Program-made: the position numbers and the translations under genes | From: Protoeuglena noctilucae | Taxonomy: Eukaryota | NCBI GenBank assembly: GCA_958009085.1 | Contig: OY253670.1 | Location: forward strand, 868,001 to 932,000 | Direction of reading: 5' to 3' | DNA length: 64,000 bases | The notes under the pieces: model-generated | Told to the model about the DNA's origin: nothing | The model's database searches: none | Seen by the model: only the letters and a program-made list of their open reading frames with translations | In this document: in pieces, positions 25,922-38,474 of the stretch | Position numbering within the stretch: position 1 is the first letter of the stretch | How the letters are laid out: each line of letters opens with the position of its first letter

Positions 25922-28900
25922 TCACTCCGACGCAAGGTAGCCTCGCACGTTGGCCTGGGCCGACGCGAGCATGGCGATGGGGACGCGCAGGGGCGAGCAG
26001 GACACGTAGTCGAGGCCCGTGGCGTGGAAGAAGGCCACCGACTCGGGGTCTCCGCCGTGCTCGCCGCAAATGCCGAGCTTGATGGCCGGGTTGGCGCGCC
26101 GGGCCTGCTCGCATGCCATGCGCACGAGCGCCCCGACGCCCACGCGGTCGATCGTCTCGAAGGGGTCCCTCTGCAGCACGCCCAGGCGGATGTAGGGCTC
26201 GAGGAACTTGGCCTGGGCGTCGTCCCGAGAAAACCCCAGCGTCATCTGCGTGAGGTCGTTGGTGCCGAAAGAGAAGAAGTCCGACAGCGCCGCGAGCTTG
26301 TTGGCGACGAGGGCGGCGCGCGGGACCTCGATCATCGTGCCCCACTGGATGGGCACCCGGACGCCCTGCGACTCCATGACGTGGTCCGCCACCGCACGGC
26401 ACGAGCGCAGCTGGTGCTCCAACTCCTCCACGAGCGCCACCAGGGGCACCATGATGTACGGGCGAGGGTCGCAGCCCTGCTTCTTCATCTGGCAGGCGGC
26501 CTCCACGATGGCCTCGACTTGCATCTCCGTGATGTCTGCGGGGGCCGAGTGGGGCACCGAGCGTCGTTGGACATGCATAGTGATGCGTGGCAGCCACGAC
26601 AAGTTCAAACACCCTGCCCAGGCTCTCATTCGAGTGCACCCAACCCACTGCGTCTGGCGATCTGCCCCGGCTCTCACCCGGGTGCACGATGCCCAGTCGG
26701 CAGCCGCGGAGGCCCATCATGGGGTTGACCTCCTGCACTGCCTGCAGACGCTGGAGCAGGACGGCTCTCTCGATGCCCATCTCGCGCCCCAGCACCTGTG
26801 CCATCTCCTCGAGCTCGCCGCCCTCGCCGGGCAGGAACTCGTGCAGGGGAGGGTCCAGCAGGCGTACGGTCACGTCATGGCCATCCATGGCGTCGAACAA
26901 CCCCAGGAAGTCCTCCACCTGGTGGCGCTTGAGCTTGGCCAGCGCATCGGCACGGCCCTGGGGACGGTCACGCGTGTCGCTGGTTGCCGTATCGCCAGAG
27001 CAGACCAGGCTTGCTGGGGCGCAGCAGCGACCCGAATCGATGGCCTCTCGGGTGACCTGCTGGTCCCATGCAGCTCACCTGGGGGTGTAGCAGCTGCGTG
27101 ACAATCATGCGTCGCATGTCCATGATGCGCTCGTGGGTGGAGAAGAACATGTGCTCCGTGCGGCACAGCCCAAGCCCCGTGGCGCCCTCGGCCCTCGCCA
27201 CGCGCACGTCCTTGGCGGTGTCGGCGTTGGCGAAGACTTGGACCTTCATGTTCGCCTTGACCCACTCCATGAACGGACCCGACTCCTCAGACAGCTTCGG
27301 GGGCTGGAGCTCGTGCTTGCCGCGAATGACCTCGCCCGTCGAGCCGTTGATCGACAGCCAGTCTCCCTCTGCGGTTGCACGGCAGGGCCTCGTGGGGAGC
27401 ATCTCGCGCACAACGTCCCGACGTGTGAGCCTGACGTCGACGGTACGTGGGGCGTGCGCACGCCGCCTCCCGCACCTCGGATCGTGACGTCGCCGGCGGT
27501 GGCGTAGCGCTTGGCCACGTGGACCTCGAGCTGCTCGCACCCGCAGACGCAGGGCTTGCCCCAACCCCGGGCCACCACGGCCGCGTGGGAGGTCATGCCT
27601 CCTCGGGACGTGAGGATGCCCTGCGCGGCGTGCATGCCGCCCACGTCATCCGCGACCGTCTCGACTCGCAGCAGGATGACGTGCCGCCCCTCCTTGGCCG
27701 CTGCCTCCGCATCCTCTGCTGTGAACACCGCCTGCCCCACCGCCGCCCCCGGGGACGCCGAGAGGCCCCGAGCGATGACATCCTTGGCATACGCCTGGGG
27801 GTTTTGGAACTGCGGGAGAGCAAGGCCGGGGTTTGGTCATCATAACCATTGACTGCTGCTTGGCCCATGCAAGATTGTGCTGCCATGTGCCGACACGGGA
27901 AGACTGGCGCCGGGCGTGCCTGGGGGTGCAGGAGCTGGTCCATGTGCGCGGGCTCGACCATGCAGACGGCCTCGGCGGGGGTGACCACTCCCTCCGCCAC
28001 CATGTCCTTGGCGATGCGAAGGGCTGCCTTGCCCGTACGCTTGCCGTTGCGCGTCTGCAGCATGAACAGGCGGCCCTCCATGACGGTAAACTCGCAGTCC
28101 TGCATGTCCTTCATGTGGCGCTCCAGCCGCGACGTGCAGGTCCGCAGGTCCTCGTATGCCTCCGGGAAGTCCTCTGCCATGCGAGAGATGGGCTGCGGGG
28201 TCCGGATGCCAGCAACCACGTCCTCGCCCTGCGGCAAACGCAAAGCCAGGTCGCAGCGAGCGCAGCTGCATTCGTGCCCTCTCCAGGGCACCCGACTGCT
28301 CCGGCGCCACTCAGCCCAGGTGCGCAGCATGGCTGCCTAGTAGACTGGCCAGAACTGAGTCAACTGTTCCATCAGTGACTTGCCTGGGCGTTGCAGAGGT
28401 ACTCTCAGAACAGCTTGGGCCCTCCGTTTGAGGGCGAGCGCGTGAAGCAGACGCCTGTGCAGCTGCGATCGCTCATGTTGCCGTAGACCATCGCCACGAC
28501 GCTCACGGCAGTGCCCTGGAGCCCCGTGATCTTGTTGATGTGACGGTACTTGACGGCACTGCACGGGCCACACAGCGGGGTATTGCATGGTGAGGGGTGA
28601 GAGGCGGGGGGTGAGGCGCGCAGGTCAAGGCCTGGGACTCTGCTTACACACACATCACATACACGCACCGGGGGGTCATCCATAACTGGAAGACGGACCC
28701 GACGGCCGCGCGCAGCTGCTCCCAGGGGTCCTCTGGGAACCGCATCCCCACTTTGGCGTACACGGCCTTGTACCTGTCCACCAGCTCCCTCAAATCCGAC
28801 GCACTGCGAGCCGGGTAGGGTCCCAGAGGGTGGAACAGGCATGCAGGTGCCAGGGGCGAGGAAGACAGGCACAGGGGTGCGCGAGGCAGGCACGAGGGGC

Positions 28901-29797
28901 GATCGCCAGGAGTGGGCAGCGGACCACGCCCGCCCGTCTCCTCGCCTGAGATCGACATCATGCTCGGCTGGAATCTTGCGCGTCTCCTTGAGTGCCCGCA
29001 TCTCCTCCTCGAACAGGTCGTGCGATATGCCCAGCACGACGTCGCCATACATGTCCAGGAAGCGGCGGTAGGAGTCCCAGGCGAAGCGGTCGTTGGTGTG
29101 GGCCGCGAGAGCCTCCACGGTGCGGTCGTTGAGACCCAGGTTGAGGACGGTGTCCATCATGCCCGGCATGCTCATGGCCGCGCCGGAACGGACGGACACG
29201 AGGAGCGGCATGCCGTCGACGTCCAAGCCGCCGAAGCAATAGCCCATCTCAGCCTCGAGATCAGCCATCGCGTGCTCGACCAGGCACCAGACAGAGTCGG
29301 GCACGCGCATGTTCTCCTCGTAAAAGTCGGCGCAGACGTCGGTGGTGATCGTGAAGCCCGGAGGTACGTTGCAGCCGATGCGGCCCATCTCGCACAGGCC
29401 CGCGCCCTTCCCGCCCAGACGGCTCTTCATCGTGATGTTCCCCACCGAAAAGCCCTGCGCTGGCCGGGTGCCGCTGTTTGCGATCGCGTCTCGCGGCTTT
29501 TAGGACAACTCAAAGTGGGAGCGCACCTTGTTAAAGAAGAAGACGCGCCCAGCGGCCACCTCCTCGTCCGACGGATGGCCTTGCAGGTAATTGCAGGTCT
29601 CCGTCCCCTCATCGTCGCGCCGGGCCCGCACGGCACCTCTGCAGGAGCGAGCGGGCGAGTTGGTTAGGGTAGGGCAGCATCAACCGAGCGTGCGGCTCGT
29701 TACTCCCGCACCCAGCGCCCCCATAAAACAGATCGCTCAATTGTGCACCACGTGATGTCCATGTCATCCAATAATCTCGCCTTGGTGAGAAGTACAT
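25922..29797 (-). CDS. PPDK: Pyruvate orthophosphate dikinase, with one in-frame TGA at 28405-28407 (possible pseudogene or sequence error); start uncertain
   Basis: [72 protein letters not shown] (phospho-His), [32 protein letters not shown] and [10 protein letters not shown]. Confidence 0.93.
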
Positions 29798-30090
29798 GGC
29801 TGGGTCCCCTGTCAGCGAGAAGGAAGTAGATGCCGACGCTTTTGGAGCTGACGTATGAATGAACAATGCCCCCACAAGCTCCTAGACCTGATTCCATGAA
29901 GCGCGCGCAGCTCGAGTTGTTATTTCACAGCTGTCCGAAACGTCAGGGGGGCACTCCCTTAACAACCTGCGGGTGCCGGAAAGGGCGCAAGCGATGGTCC
30001 AGCGTGACATAACGATGTGCGTGAGTCGCTCCGTCGGCTGGACCCCACAATTCACGGCTTTGTGATGGCAGCGTCGGTGCTCACGCAGAG

Positions 30091-33000
30091 ATGCGGGGCA
30101 GGCGTCGAGCTGTGGTTGCTTCGGCAGCATTGATCTTCCCTATTGTACTTCAACTCGCGCCGCGCGTCGGATTCGCCTCAGCTGCGGGCAACATCGGTTT
30201 GTGGGATGCATGCTGGAGCAAGGTGGGAAGGGGTGCTGGGAATGAGTCTTCGCCGAGCCTTTCCCAGAAATTTTGTCGTCGTCGTCACCGAGTCCTCCTC
30301 TGCCAGCTGCAGGGCTCCCTGCTGTGCGATGCGGATGGCTACCTGCGGGCGGACGACCAGGCGCGCATCCGTGAGCATGCATGCACGCCGTGGGGCGAAA
30401 AGCACGTCCGAGTCGCGTCTTTGCCTGAACACTTGCATTGACTTGTTCGATAAGCAACGACGCCTACGCTTGCTTCCTCAGGAGCGGCCCTGGCGGAGCT
30501 GGGGCAGGGTGACGGTTGTCGAGACGTGGCTGTTGCCGTGGTCGGGACGACGTCGGTGGGCTCGCGCAAGGAACGCGTGTATCTGGTGAGTGTTTGTAAC
30601 AAATTGAAACTGCTGAGGGCCTCCGCGGCTGGCTTGGGCCCCCCAACGAGGCAGTATCGCCTTGTTAGCCAGCCCTTTGCCTCTCATCTTAAATCGCAGA
30701 CGCCGGAGGAGTACGCGGAGCGCGCTGTGGAAGAGTGGGCCAACCAAGCAACTTTCGCTTGCCCGGACATCGTCTTCATCCTCCTGGTCGTGCGTGACCG
30801 CTCTCACCACGTGGTGCACGTCGGCCATGGTTCTTTCGGAAGAGGCCCCGCGGAGCCTTTCCCGGACCTGATCGCTGCGATGAGGGAAGAGGTGCTGGCC
30901 GGGCACCCGGCCAAAGCCATGCTGCAGGCGCTGGAGGGCCTCGCAGGGACAGACGACCGGGTCGAAGTCACGGTGCCCGAGGTGCCAGCGAATGGCGGGG
31001 ACGACAACCACAGCGCCGCGGCTCATGGGACCGGCGGTGTGTCGGGTGCGCCTGGGGAGGGCGGGGAGGAGCCCGCCTCGTCCTCGGGCCGCGATCCGAG
31101 CGCTGTTGCTGACTCTCTGGTGACGGGGAACGATTGGGAGTCTGCGGGCGCAGCTCAGGGATCCACGGAGGGGGACGACGGTGCCGGCCCGGGTGAAGAG
31201 AGTGGTCCTGCCGTCGAGGAAGCGGTGGGGTTTGACGTCAAGGACGGCGTGGGGGCAGGCGAGGTGGCGGAGTCGCTGCTGGGGTTTGACGGCGGCGATG
31301 AGTCGGGTGGCGGCGGTGCGGATGCACACGCGTGTGACGAGTTAGGGGGCGAGGACCGCCAAAGGGCCGAAGGGCTGAGTCAAGAGGCGGGAGAGGCCCC
31401 TGCTGTGTCTGACAAAGTGACGGGGGACATCGATGTGCAGGCCGAGCACGTGGATGGCGGGGAGCCCGTCAGAGACGTGCAGGAAACAGGGGACGCATCC
31501 ATGGGCGTGGTGGACGAGGGGCCGGCTGAGGATTTAACCTCGGAAATCGAGGGGTTGCCAGCTGGCCTTCGAGGCGATGTGGAGGCGGGGGCGGGGGCGG
31601 ATGTGGACGGGCCAGGCGGCCAGGGCGAGGGCCCTTCGGGTCTGCCCATAGGAACGGTGGACGGGGGTCGCTCCGAGCTCGCTGTGGAGTTTGAACCCAC
31701 CAGGACGGGGCCCGAGAGGCCTTCGAGCATGGAGCTCGCCGGCCGCATCCGAGCGCTAATGGAGGCCTGGGAGAGGGCTTGCGATAGCGGCGAGGATGCG
31801 AAGGTGGCGGATTGCGGGGTGCGACTGTCAGACTGGCAGTTGGAGGGAGGAGGCGCGGGCGACCCTGGGCCCAAAGGCGGCGGTGCGAGTGAGGGTGATG
31901 GGGCCGTCATAGGTGGGGCCGAGGCGGGTGTGGCGCCCTTTGGGGTGGAGCAGGGCGGCCAGCAGGGACCCTGCACAACAGGCGCCTCTGAGGGGTGCCA
32001 GGCTCCCGATGTCAAGCCTGTAGAAAGGTCAGACGTGCGGGCAACAGGGGTGACGGAGGCACCGGGGGCTGGCCCCGCGCGGGTGGAAAGAGGAACGATC
32101 TCCCGGCCGTCGCTGCTGCGCTGGCTGGTCGTGGGACTGGGACGCGTGGTTGGCTGGGTGCTGCTCCTGCCCCTCATCGCAGTGTGGCGACTGGCGAGGT
32201 TTCTTTTGTTTTCCAGCGCCGGCCGCCTGACGGTCGCCTCGGTCCTCGCGGCCGCTGCCGGGGCCGTGGCGCTGCTGTTCCGTTCACCGCGCATCCGCGC
32301 TGGCGCCAGTCGAGACGACGACTACGACGCCTTGGATCGCGTGCTTGGGCAAGCGGAGCGCACCAAGCGGATGCTGCAGCATGGAGGTAGCTATGCGCCC
32401 GAGTCCTGCCCCTGCTGCCTCCGCAAGCTGGCAGGGGTGGCGGACGGGCGTGGCGACGAGGGTCCCGGCCCTTCTGCGGGGCAGCAGGGGTTGCATGCAA
32501 CCAGGGAGGGCCCGCGTGACGTCGACGGTGATGCCAGCAGAGACGGGGACTCGGAGTTGGGCGCCACACGCTCAGGGTTGGAAATGGCGGCTTGCGAGGA
32601 GGGAGCGGCGGTGGGGCAGTTGCGCTTCCAGTGGGGCGACGACGCAGGGAGGCACTCGGAGGCACCGGCGGGCCTGATGGACAGCCCTGACGTCAACCAA
32701 GGTCGACGCGGCGTGCCTCGGGGTGGCACAGGCCACGAGGGCGGGGCCATGGGCAGTGAGCGGGAGGGCAAGACGGGCAACGAGGGGCGAGAGATGGAAG
32801 CGGTTCCCGCCGATCGGCCCTTTGCGTGCGGTCACGTCTTTTGTGAGGACTGCGTCAGCGGCAGGCCACGCAAGTGGCTGCTGCGGCGGTGCCCTGCGTG
32901 CTGCGCCCTGCGGGCACTCGCGGCTGCTGGGAAGCTCGGGAGGCGTGAGTGGGACGCGGAGTGGCTGTTTCGGTGAGCGCTTCTGCTGCAACACACCAGA

Positions 33001-36000
33001 CCAGACACGAGTCACGTTGTGAGACCGTGTCTGCAATAGCAAGCACGGGCATGCATGAATTGAGACCCACCACCCTGCGATGTCCTGGCTGCGTGCAGGA
33101 ACAAGACTCTGGCCGTGGCGTTTCCGGATTTCTTCCCTGACGACGTATTGCAGAAGATGAGGAGCGCCGCGCAGGGCGCTCAGGGTGGGGAAGAGGCTCC
33201 GAGCCCTGGGGAGTTGCGGCAGTCAGCACGGGACCTGGAAATGCAGAGGTGCGTCATGGCGTGATGCATGGGGTGCAGCACGAAAGTTGACATGCTTTGG
33301 TGAGAGGTGGACTCGGCCCCGGCACGCGCAGGATCGTCGGGTTGATCCAAGAAGAGGCAGCTGCGGCCGAGGAGGCGAGCAGGGAGGCGGCACGGAGCGC
33401 AGAGCGGGCGCAGCAGGCGAGCGACGCTGACGTGACTGCGCTGGAGGAGGCGGAGATCGCAGCCGAGGAGGCGAGGGCAGCGGTGGACAAGGCGGCGGAG
33501 GACGGCGTGTCGGTGGGGGCGGACGGGGTGTCAGAGGAGGGGGACAGCGACAATGTAAGCGAGGGGTCCGCGGTGCGGGGCACGGCGGGCGGAGAGGGTG
33601 CAGCTGGGGCGCATGGCGATCCCGAGGCCTGGGCCGCTCGTGTCGTGGCAGGGGATGCCGACGCAGCGTTGCAGGCGCTGCAGAAAGACGCAGAGGGTAG
33701 TGCTCTGCACGCGGCGACGGCGGAAGCCGCCAGAGCAGCTGCGGAGGGAGATGGGGCAGCTGCAAGGGCGGCGGTGGCTGTGGCAGTCGAGGCGGCGGAG
33801 GTGCCGGTGGCACGCACGCAGCTGGCCGCCGCCCGAGCTCATCGCGCTGCTGCGGAGTCGCAGGCTGAGACAGCAGCGGCGGCAGCAGTGGCGGCCGAGG
33901 AAGGCGCAGAACGCCGAGCTGCGGCCGCCCGCGCTTGCTCGGCATCGGCGGCGGCGGCGGCCGAGGCGGCGGCGGCGGCCAAGACGAGCAGCGCGGAGGC
34001 GGCGACCGCAGCGGAGGCGGCGGTGGCTCTGGCAGAAGAGGAGGCCGCCGTCCTCACGCAGATGCGGCAAGATGCAGAGTCTGCGGGGCAGGCCGAGTCG
34101 CCGGACGTCGACGTGCTCCTTCAAGAGGACCTGACCAAGGCCGCATGCCAGCAGGTGCCGGGCACTCAACGCATCATCCGGCTGTCGCTTCGCTAAGGAG
34201 CGTCTGTGCTGAAAGAACGCGTTTCGCAGTGATAGTGTCTGTGAGCCCTTTGCCCACACCCGCAGGCGGAGGACGCTGCCACCCATGCCCGGCTGGCCGC
34301 GGAGCTCTCTGCCGACGCTGAGTCGGCAGCGCTGGCGTCTGCGGCTGCGTGGCTCCCGGCAACGGCAGCGCAGTGGGCCGAACGGGCGGCAGCCGCAGCG
34401 CGGCAGGCCACGCAGGCGGCGGCGGCGGCCCAGCAGGCCCGGGAGCGGGCAGGCGACGGTGCGAGGCGTCGTGCCGCGGACGCTGTGCGCCGGCGGGAGC
34501 TGGCGGAAGAGGCGGCGGAATGCGCCACGCGTGCGGCAGCCCATGCGCGCGCGGCGCGGCCGCATGGGGGCGCGGTGGTGCAGAGCGCCTGCGCTCGCGC
34601 CGCCAGCGAGGCTCACCTTGCCGCCGAGCGCGCCAAGAGCACACGGCGGGTGCACGTGGCCGAGGAGGCTTGCGCGGAGGCGCGGTAAGTCGAGGACACG
34701 CTTGCCGATGCGCCGCCGCGTTCTGCACCCTCGCGATAACTGGGGTGGCTCTGCAAGAACCACCCTCACCATGCTTGGTGCTGAGAAGCCCGCACTCTTC
34801 TGGCCTGTCGCAGTCAGGCGGAGGAGCGTGCGAGGATGGCAAAAGAGGAGTCGGAGATGGTGGAGACGCTTCTGAGCGAGATCCAAAACGCGGTCAGGGA
34901 GGCGCATCAGTGCGCCACGAGGGCCTCCGCAGCCGGCGACGCGTGGGTGGGCTACGGGGCAGCTGCCTCGGCTGGCACGCCGGACTACGCGGACAAGGGG
35001 CAAGAGGAGTCGAGCAGGTCACCAGCTGAGATGCCGGGGCCTGTCTGGCATGCGAGGAACGCGGAGCGGGCGGCGGGCGAGGCGGAGGCGCTGCTGGAGC
35101 GGCTGCGGTCGCGCTGCGACGCTGCGGAGGCCGAGAGGGGGGTCACGAAAATGTCTCAGCTGCTAGAGGCTGCCAAGGCATCCGCCAAGCACGCCGAGGT
35201 ACTGTCTCGTGTGTGTCGTGAAGGGGAGGAGTCCGTGGGGGCATGCGAGGCGCACCTGGGGCGCGCCAAGGACGCGGTGGCGTTGGCGCAGGCGCGTGCC
35301 TTCTCTCAGACAGGGACACGCAGAGTCACCAGGTCTGCGAGCGGCAGCTCGGGGGGCAGCGAGTCCGTCCCAACCGTGGAGCACGTCATCGAAGCGGCAG
35401 GCGCTGTGCAGTTGGCGCGTGACGCCTTCAAGCAAGTCCTGACGTCCCGGAAACCCGGGCACGCCCAGTCCATGGCGCAGGTTGCGAGGTGAGGGACCGT
35501 CGCTGCGCCTGTCACCGCTGTCGAGATAGGGTTCGTACCCGCACAGACTGTCCGAATGTGCGCACGTGGCCCTGCAGGGGTGCAACGCTGGCCGCGCGTG
35601 AGGCTGCCGACCTCTGTGAGTTCTTCCGGCAGCACGTGGAGGAGGCGTTGGAGGCGGACGCGCGGTCCCGGGAGCATTGTGCGCGTGTGCAGCACCTGGT
35701 GCCCGTGGAGGGCAGCGACGGGCCCGGGAGCGGGCCGAGGAGCCCCGGAGGCGGCGACAGCGCACGCAAGGTCCTGCGCATGGCAAACAACGCGGCGGCC
35801 GCCGCCTTCCGCGCCGGCCATGCGACGACGGCGAGCGACGCCGCGTCCGAGGCTCGCAAGGCGCGGTGAGTGGGCGCAGGGAGGCTGGAGACTCTTGTAG
35901 TGGCCTTGGGCTGGAGTCGCTCAGGGCGGTCCGAGCCTGTGTCGTGAGGGCGTTGGGCCTGGGCAGTCTCATGCCCCTGCATGCGAGAGGCTCTGCTCAT

Positions 36001-36447
36001 GCGCCGCAGGCTGGCGGAGGTGGCTGCCGGGAACGCAGCCGGGGTGGCGCTGCAGCACGGGGCCCTCGTTGAGTTGGCGGGGCAGCTGCTGGCGCGAGCA
36101 GAGGCGGACGCCACGAGGGCGAGGGAGCTCGCGAGTCGCATCGCACAGGGCCGAGGCGGCGCGGAAATGGCAGCGGCAGCGGCAAAGGAGGAGAAGGCGG
36201 CGGCAGACGCGGTGATGTCCTGCGCGGAGCATGCGGAGATGGTCGGGCTCGTCGGGCCCATCGACACGGCGCAGGCGGCGTTCCATGCGGTCACGTGAGA
36301 GCAGCGCATGGATTATGGATGTTTGGAATGCGTCGAGAAGCGCCGAGTGTGCAGGCTCGCAATGCCTGGGCCCTCGGCTGTGCTTGCAGGGTGGCCGCGC
36401 AGGAGGCAAGGGACGCGGTGGAGCGTTTGGAAGAGATGATCGAGTGA
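30091..36447 (+). CDS. Very large uncharacterised membrane protein: signal peptide, TPM/MOLO1-like domain, acidic linker, TM helices, split RING finger, long Ala/Glu-rich coiled coil
   Basis: LLCDADGYL..DVAVAVV..YAERAVEEW..IVFILLVVRDR (TPM-like), hydrophobic segments at ~32120-32280, and CPCC...CGHVFCEDC..CPAC. Exons 33099-33247 and 33331 onward join in frame (FRNKTLAVAFPDFF..EMQRIVGLIQEEAAAA). Last exon ends LEEMIE followed by TGA. Confidence 0.6.
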
Positions 36448-36587
36448 AGCGGCGCACGTGCCTTATGGGGTTCTAGTTATAGCATGTCAGCTAGTGAAGG
36501 TAGATGCTGGACGCCAGAAGCTGTATTGAACGCCTGTCAAGGCACCGGCACATCCCAAGTCAGCCCTGCCGTCCCCTGCAAGCGTGC

Positions 36588-38076
36588 TCATGCAGGCTTG
36601 CTCGACCCCTCCTTCTCCTCTTTCTCCCGCTCCTGCATCTCCATCTCTTCGATTTCCTCCTCCGTGGGCACCCACTTGCGAGGCTTCACGACCTCGTCCA
36701 CCAGGCCCCACTCCACGGCCCTCTCCGCATCGAAATACGTGTCCGTCACGAACGCCTTGTCTGCACCGGACGCATCGATCGCAGACGTGAGAAGGCGCCT
36801 GCCAGGCAGCGCGATTAGCTGGCGATGCCGGCTCCGTGCGCAAGCTCACCGACTGCCTCAGCGGACTGGCTGCAGTGCTTCATGAGTATCTGCTTAAGCT
36901 TGTTCCGATAATCCACCATGCTCTCGACGGCAGCCTCCATGTTGGTCGAGGAACCCTGCACGCCTCCCAAGGGCTGGTGCACCATCACCTGCGACACTCG
37001 CAAAGATGCAGACCACTTCACGTGCCAGCGGCAGCAAGCACACGCGCCTGCGAAACGCGCATCTCCAGCCGAAGCTGACGCAGGCGGGGGCAGGGGCCGG
37101 GGGTCCGAAGACCTACTGCACTTGGTCTCACCTTGGTGTGTGGAAGGATCAGGCGCTTGCCCGGCTGCCCCGCCGCCAACAGCACCGCGCCCATCGACAT
37201 GCATTTGCCAACTCCAACTGCGGGTAGTCCACGCCAAGTGCCATTGCAGATCCTGGGCAGCTCGGCCCAGCAGTTGGTGCCTGCTCGCCGCCACTGCATC
37301 AACTGCGTACCTGTGTAAATGTGCGGCTGCACGAACTGCATCGTGTCGTAGATGGCCAGTCCGTCCGCGACGTTCCCGCCATGACTGTTGATGTACATGT
37401 AAATCGGCTTGCGCGGGTGGGCTGCCTCCATGAGGAGCAACTGGGGCAAGGGACAGCCTGGTCGATGAACTGTGGCGGCTCACATGCGAGGCTGCCAGTC
37501 AGGAAAAAGCTCAAGCACACCTTGGTCGTCACGTCGTACGCCATCGCCTCGTTCACGTCCCCCACGACGAGAATGATGCGTTCTGCAAGCGCGGTCTTTC
37601 ATCGCGAGGTTCGCTGCCTGCCATGCACGTGTGTCACCGCAGTCGCGCATTTCCACGGCGTCATCACCAACTTGTGCCGCCAGTCACCTCGGAACAGCTT
37701 GTCCCACGTCGAACGAAACGGAAAGTCCCCGTCCCAGGTCATGCGCAGAAACCCCGGGCCCGATGGGCCTGCCGGAGACATCTGCAAGTCCCCTCGCACC
37801 GTCGCATCATGATGAAGGTACGGCTGCGGGGGGACGGGTTGGGAGGGGTACTCGAGACGCGTGCGCACTGCAACGACGAGTCCGCATGGGGATTGGAGGC
37901 CATGGGCCGCATACTGATGCTTTGGAAGGCAATAAAAGCTTTAAAATAGTTACAGTATGCTTCTGGTGAGATGATGCGATCGCAAGAGTCACCGAGGTCG
38001 TCGCTTCTGCTGCCCACGACCCCACTCCTCGGAGTTGCGCCCCATGGGAGGCCCGCCGCAGGGCCGCGCGCAACAT
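36588..38076 (-). CDS. clpP: ATP-dependent Clp protease proteolytic subunit, probably mitochondrial (ClpP2-like)
   Basis: Presequence-like MLRAALRRASHGAQLRG. ERIILVVGDVN, PIYMYINSHGG..GLAIYDTMQF, CMSMGAVLLAAG (catalytic Ser), VMVHQPLGG (His) and TDTYFDAERAVEWGLVDEV (Asp). Confidence 0.9.
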
Positions 38077-38474
38077 CGCGAGACCCACAGCGGTTGACTG
38101 TCCTCTGCAGCCCCCGGGTGCGGGAGTCACTCAAGGCGCTTGCGGCGTGGGGCACGAGCCGAGGACGCAGTGTCAAGGGCCACCAGATCGATCGGGGAAC
38201 GCAAATCAGCTGCGTTGTGCGCGACTCGTTAACGGCAGATAAGACATCGGAACCTACCAGAAGCTCGTGCGACGTGAAGAAAAGAAACGACTCAGCGCGG
38301 GCGCAAGAACGCGTACCCTTGCAACCCTGCGCATGTCTCGGGCTGGCCTCTGTCGCCTAGGGCTTCATCGTCTGACAGGGATTCCGTCTGCAGAGCGAGC
38401 CCGCGCGCGAGGGGAAACTTTCGCTGAAATCGCCTGCGTTTGTTCTGTGAGGTTAGGGCGGCATCGCCGTCGCC

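Noticed and set aside
28405..28407. Selenocysteine at the PPDK TGA
   Set aside because: The aligned family residue is Gly, not Cys, and I could not identify a SECIS element by eye.
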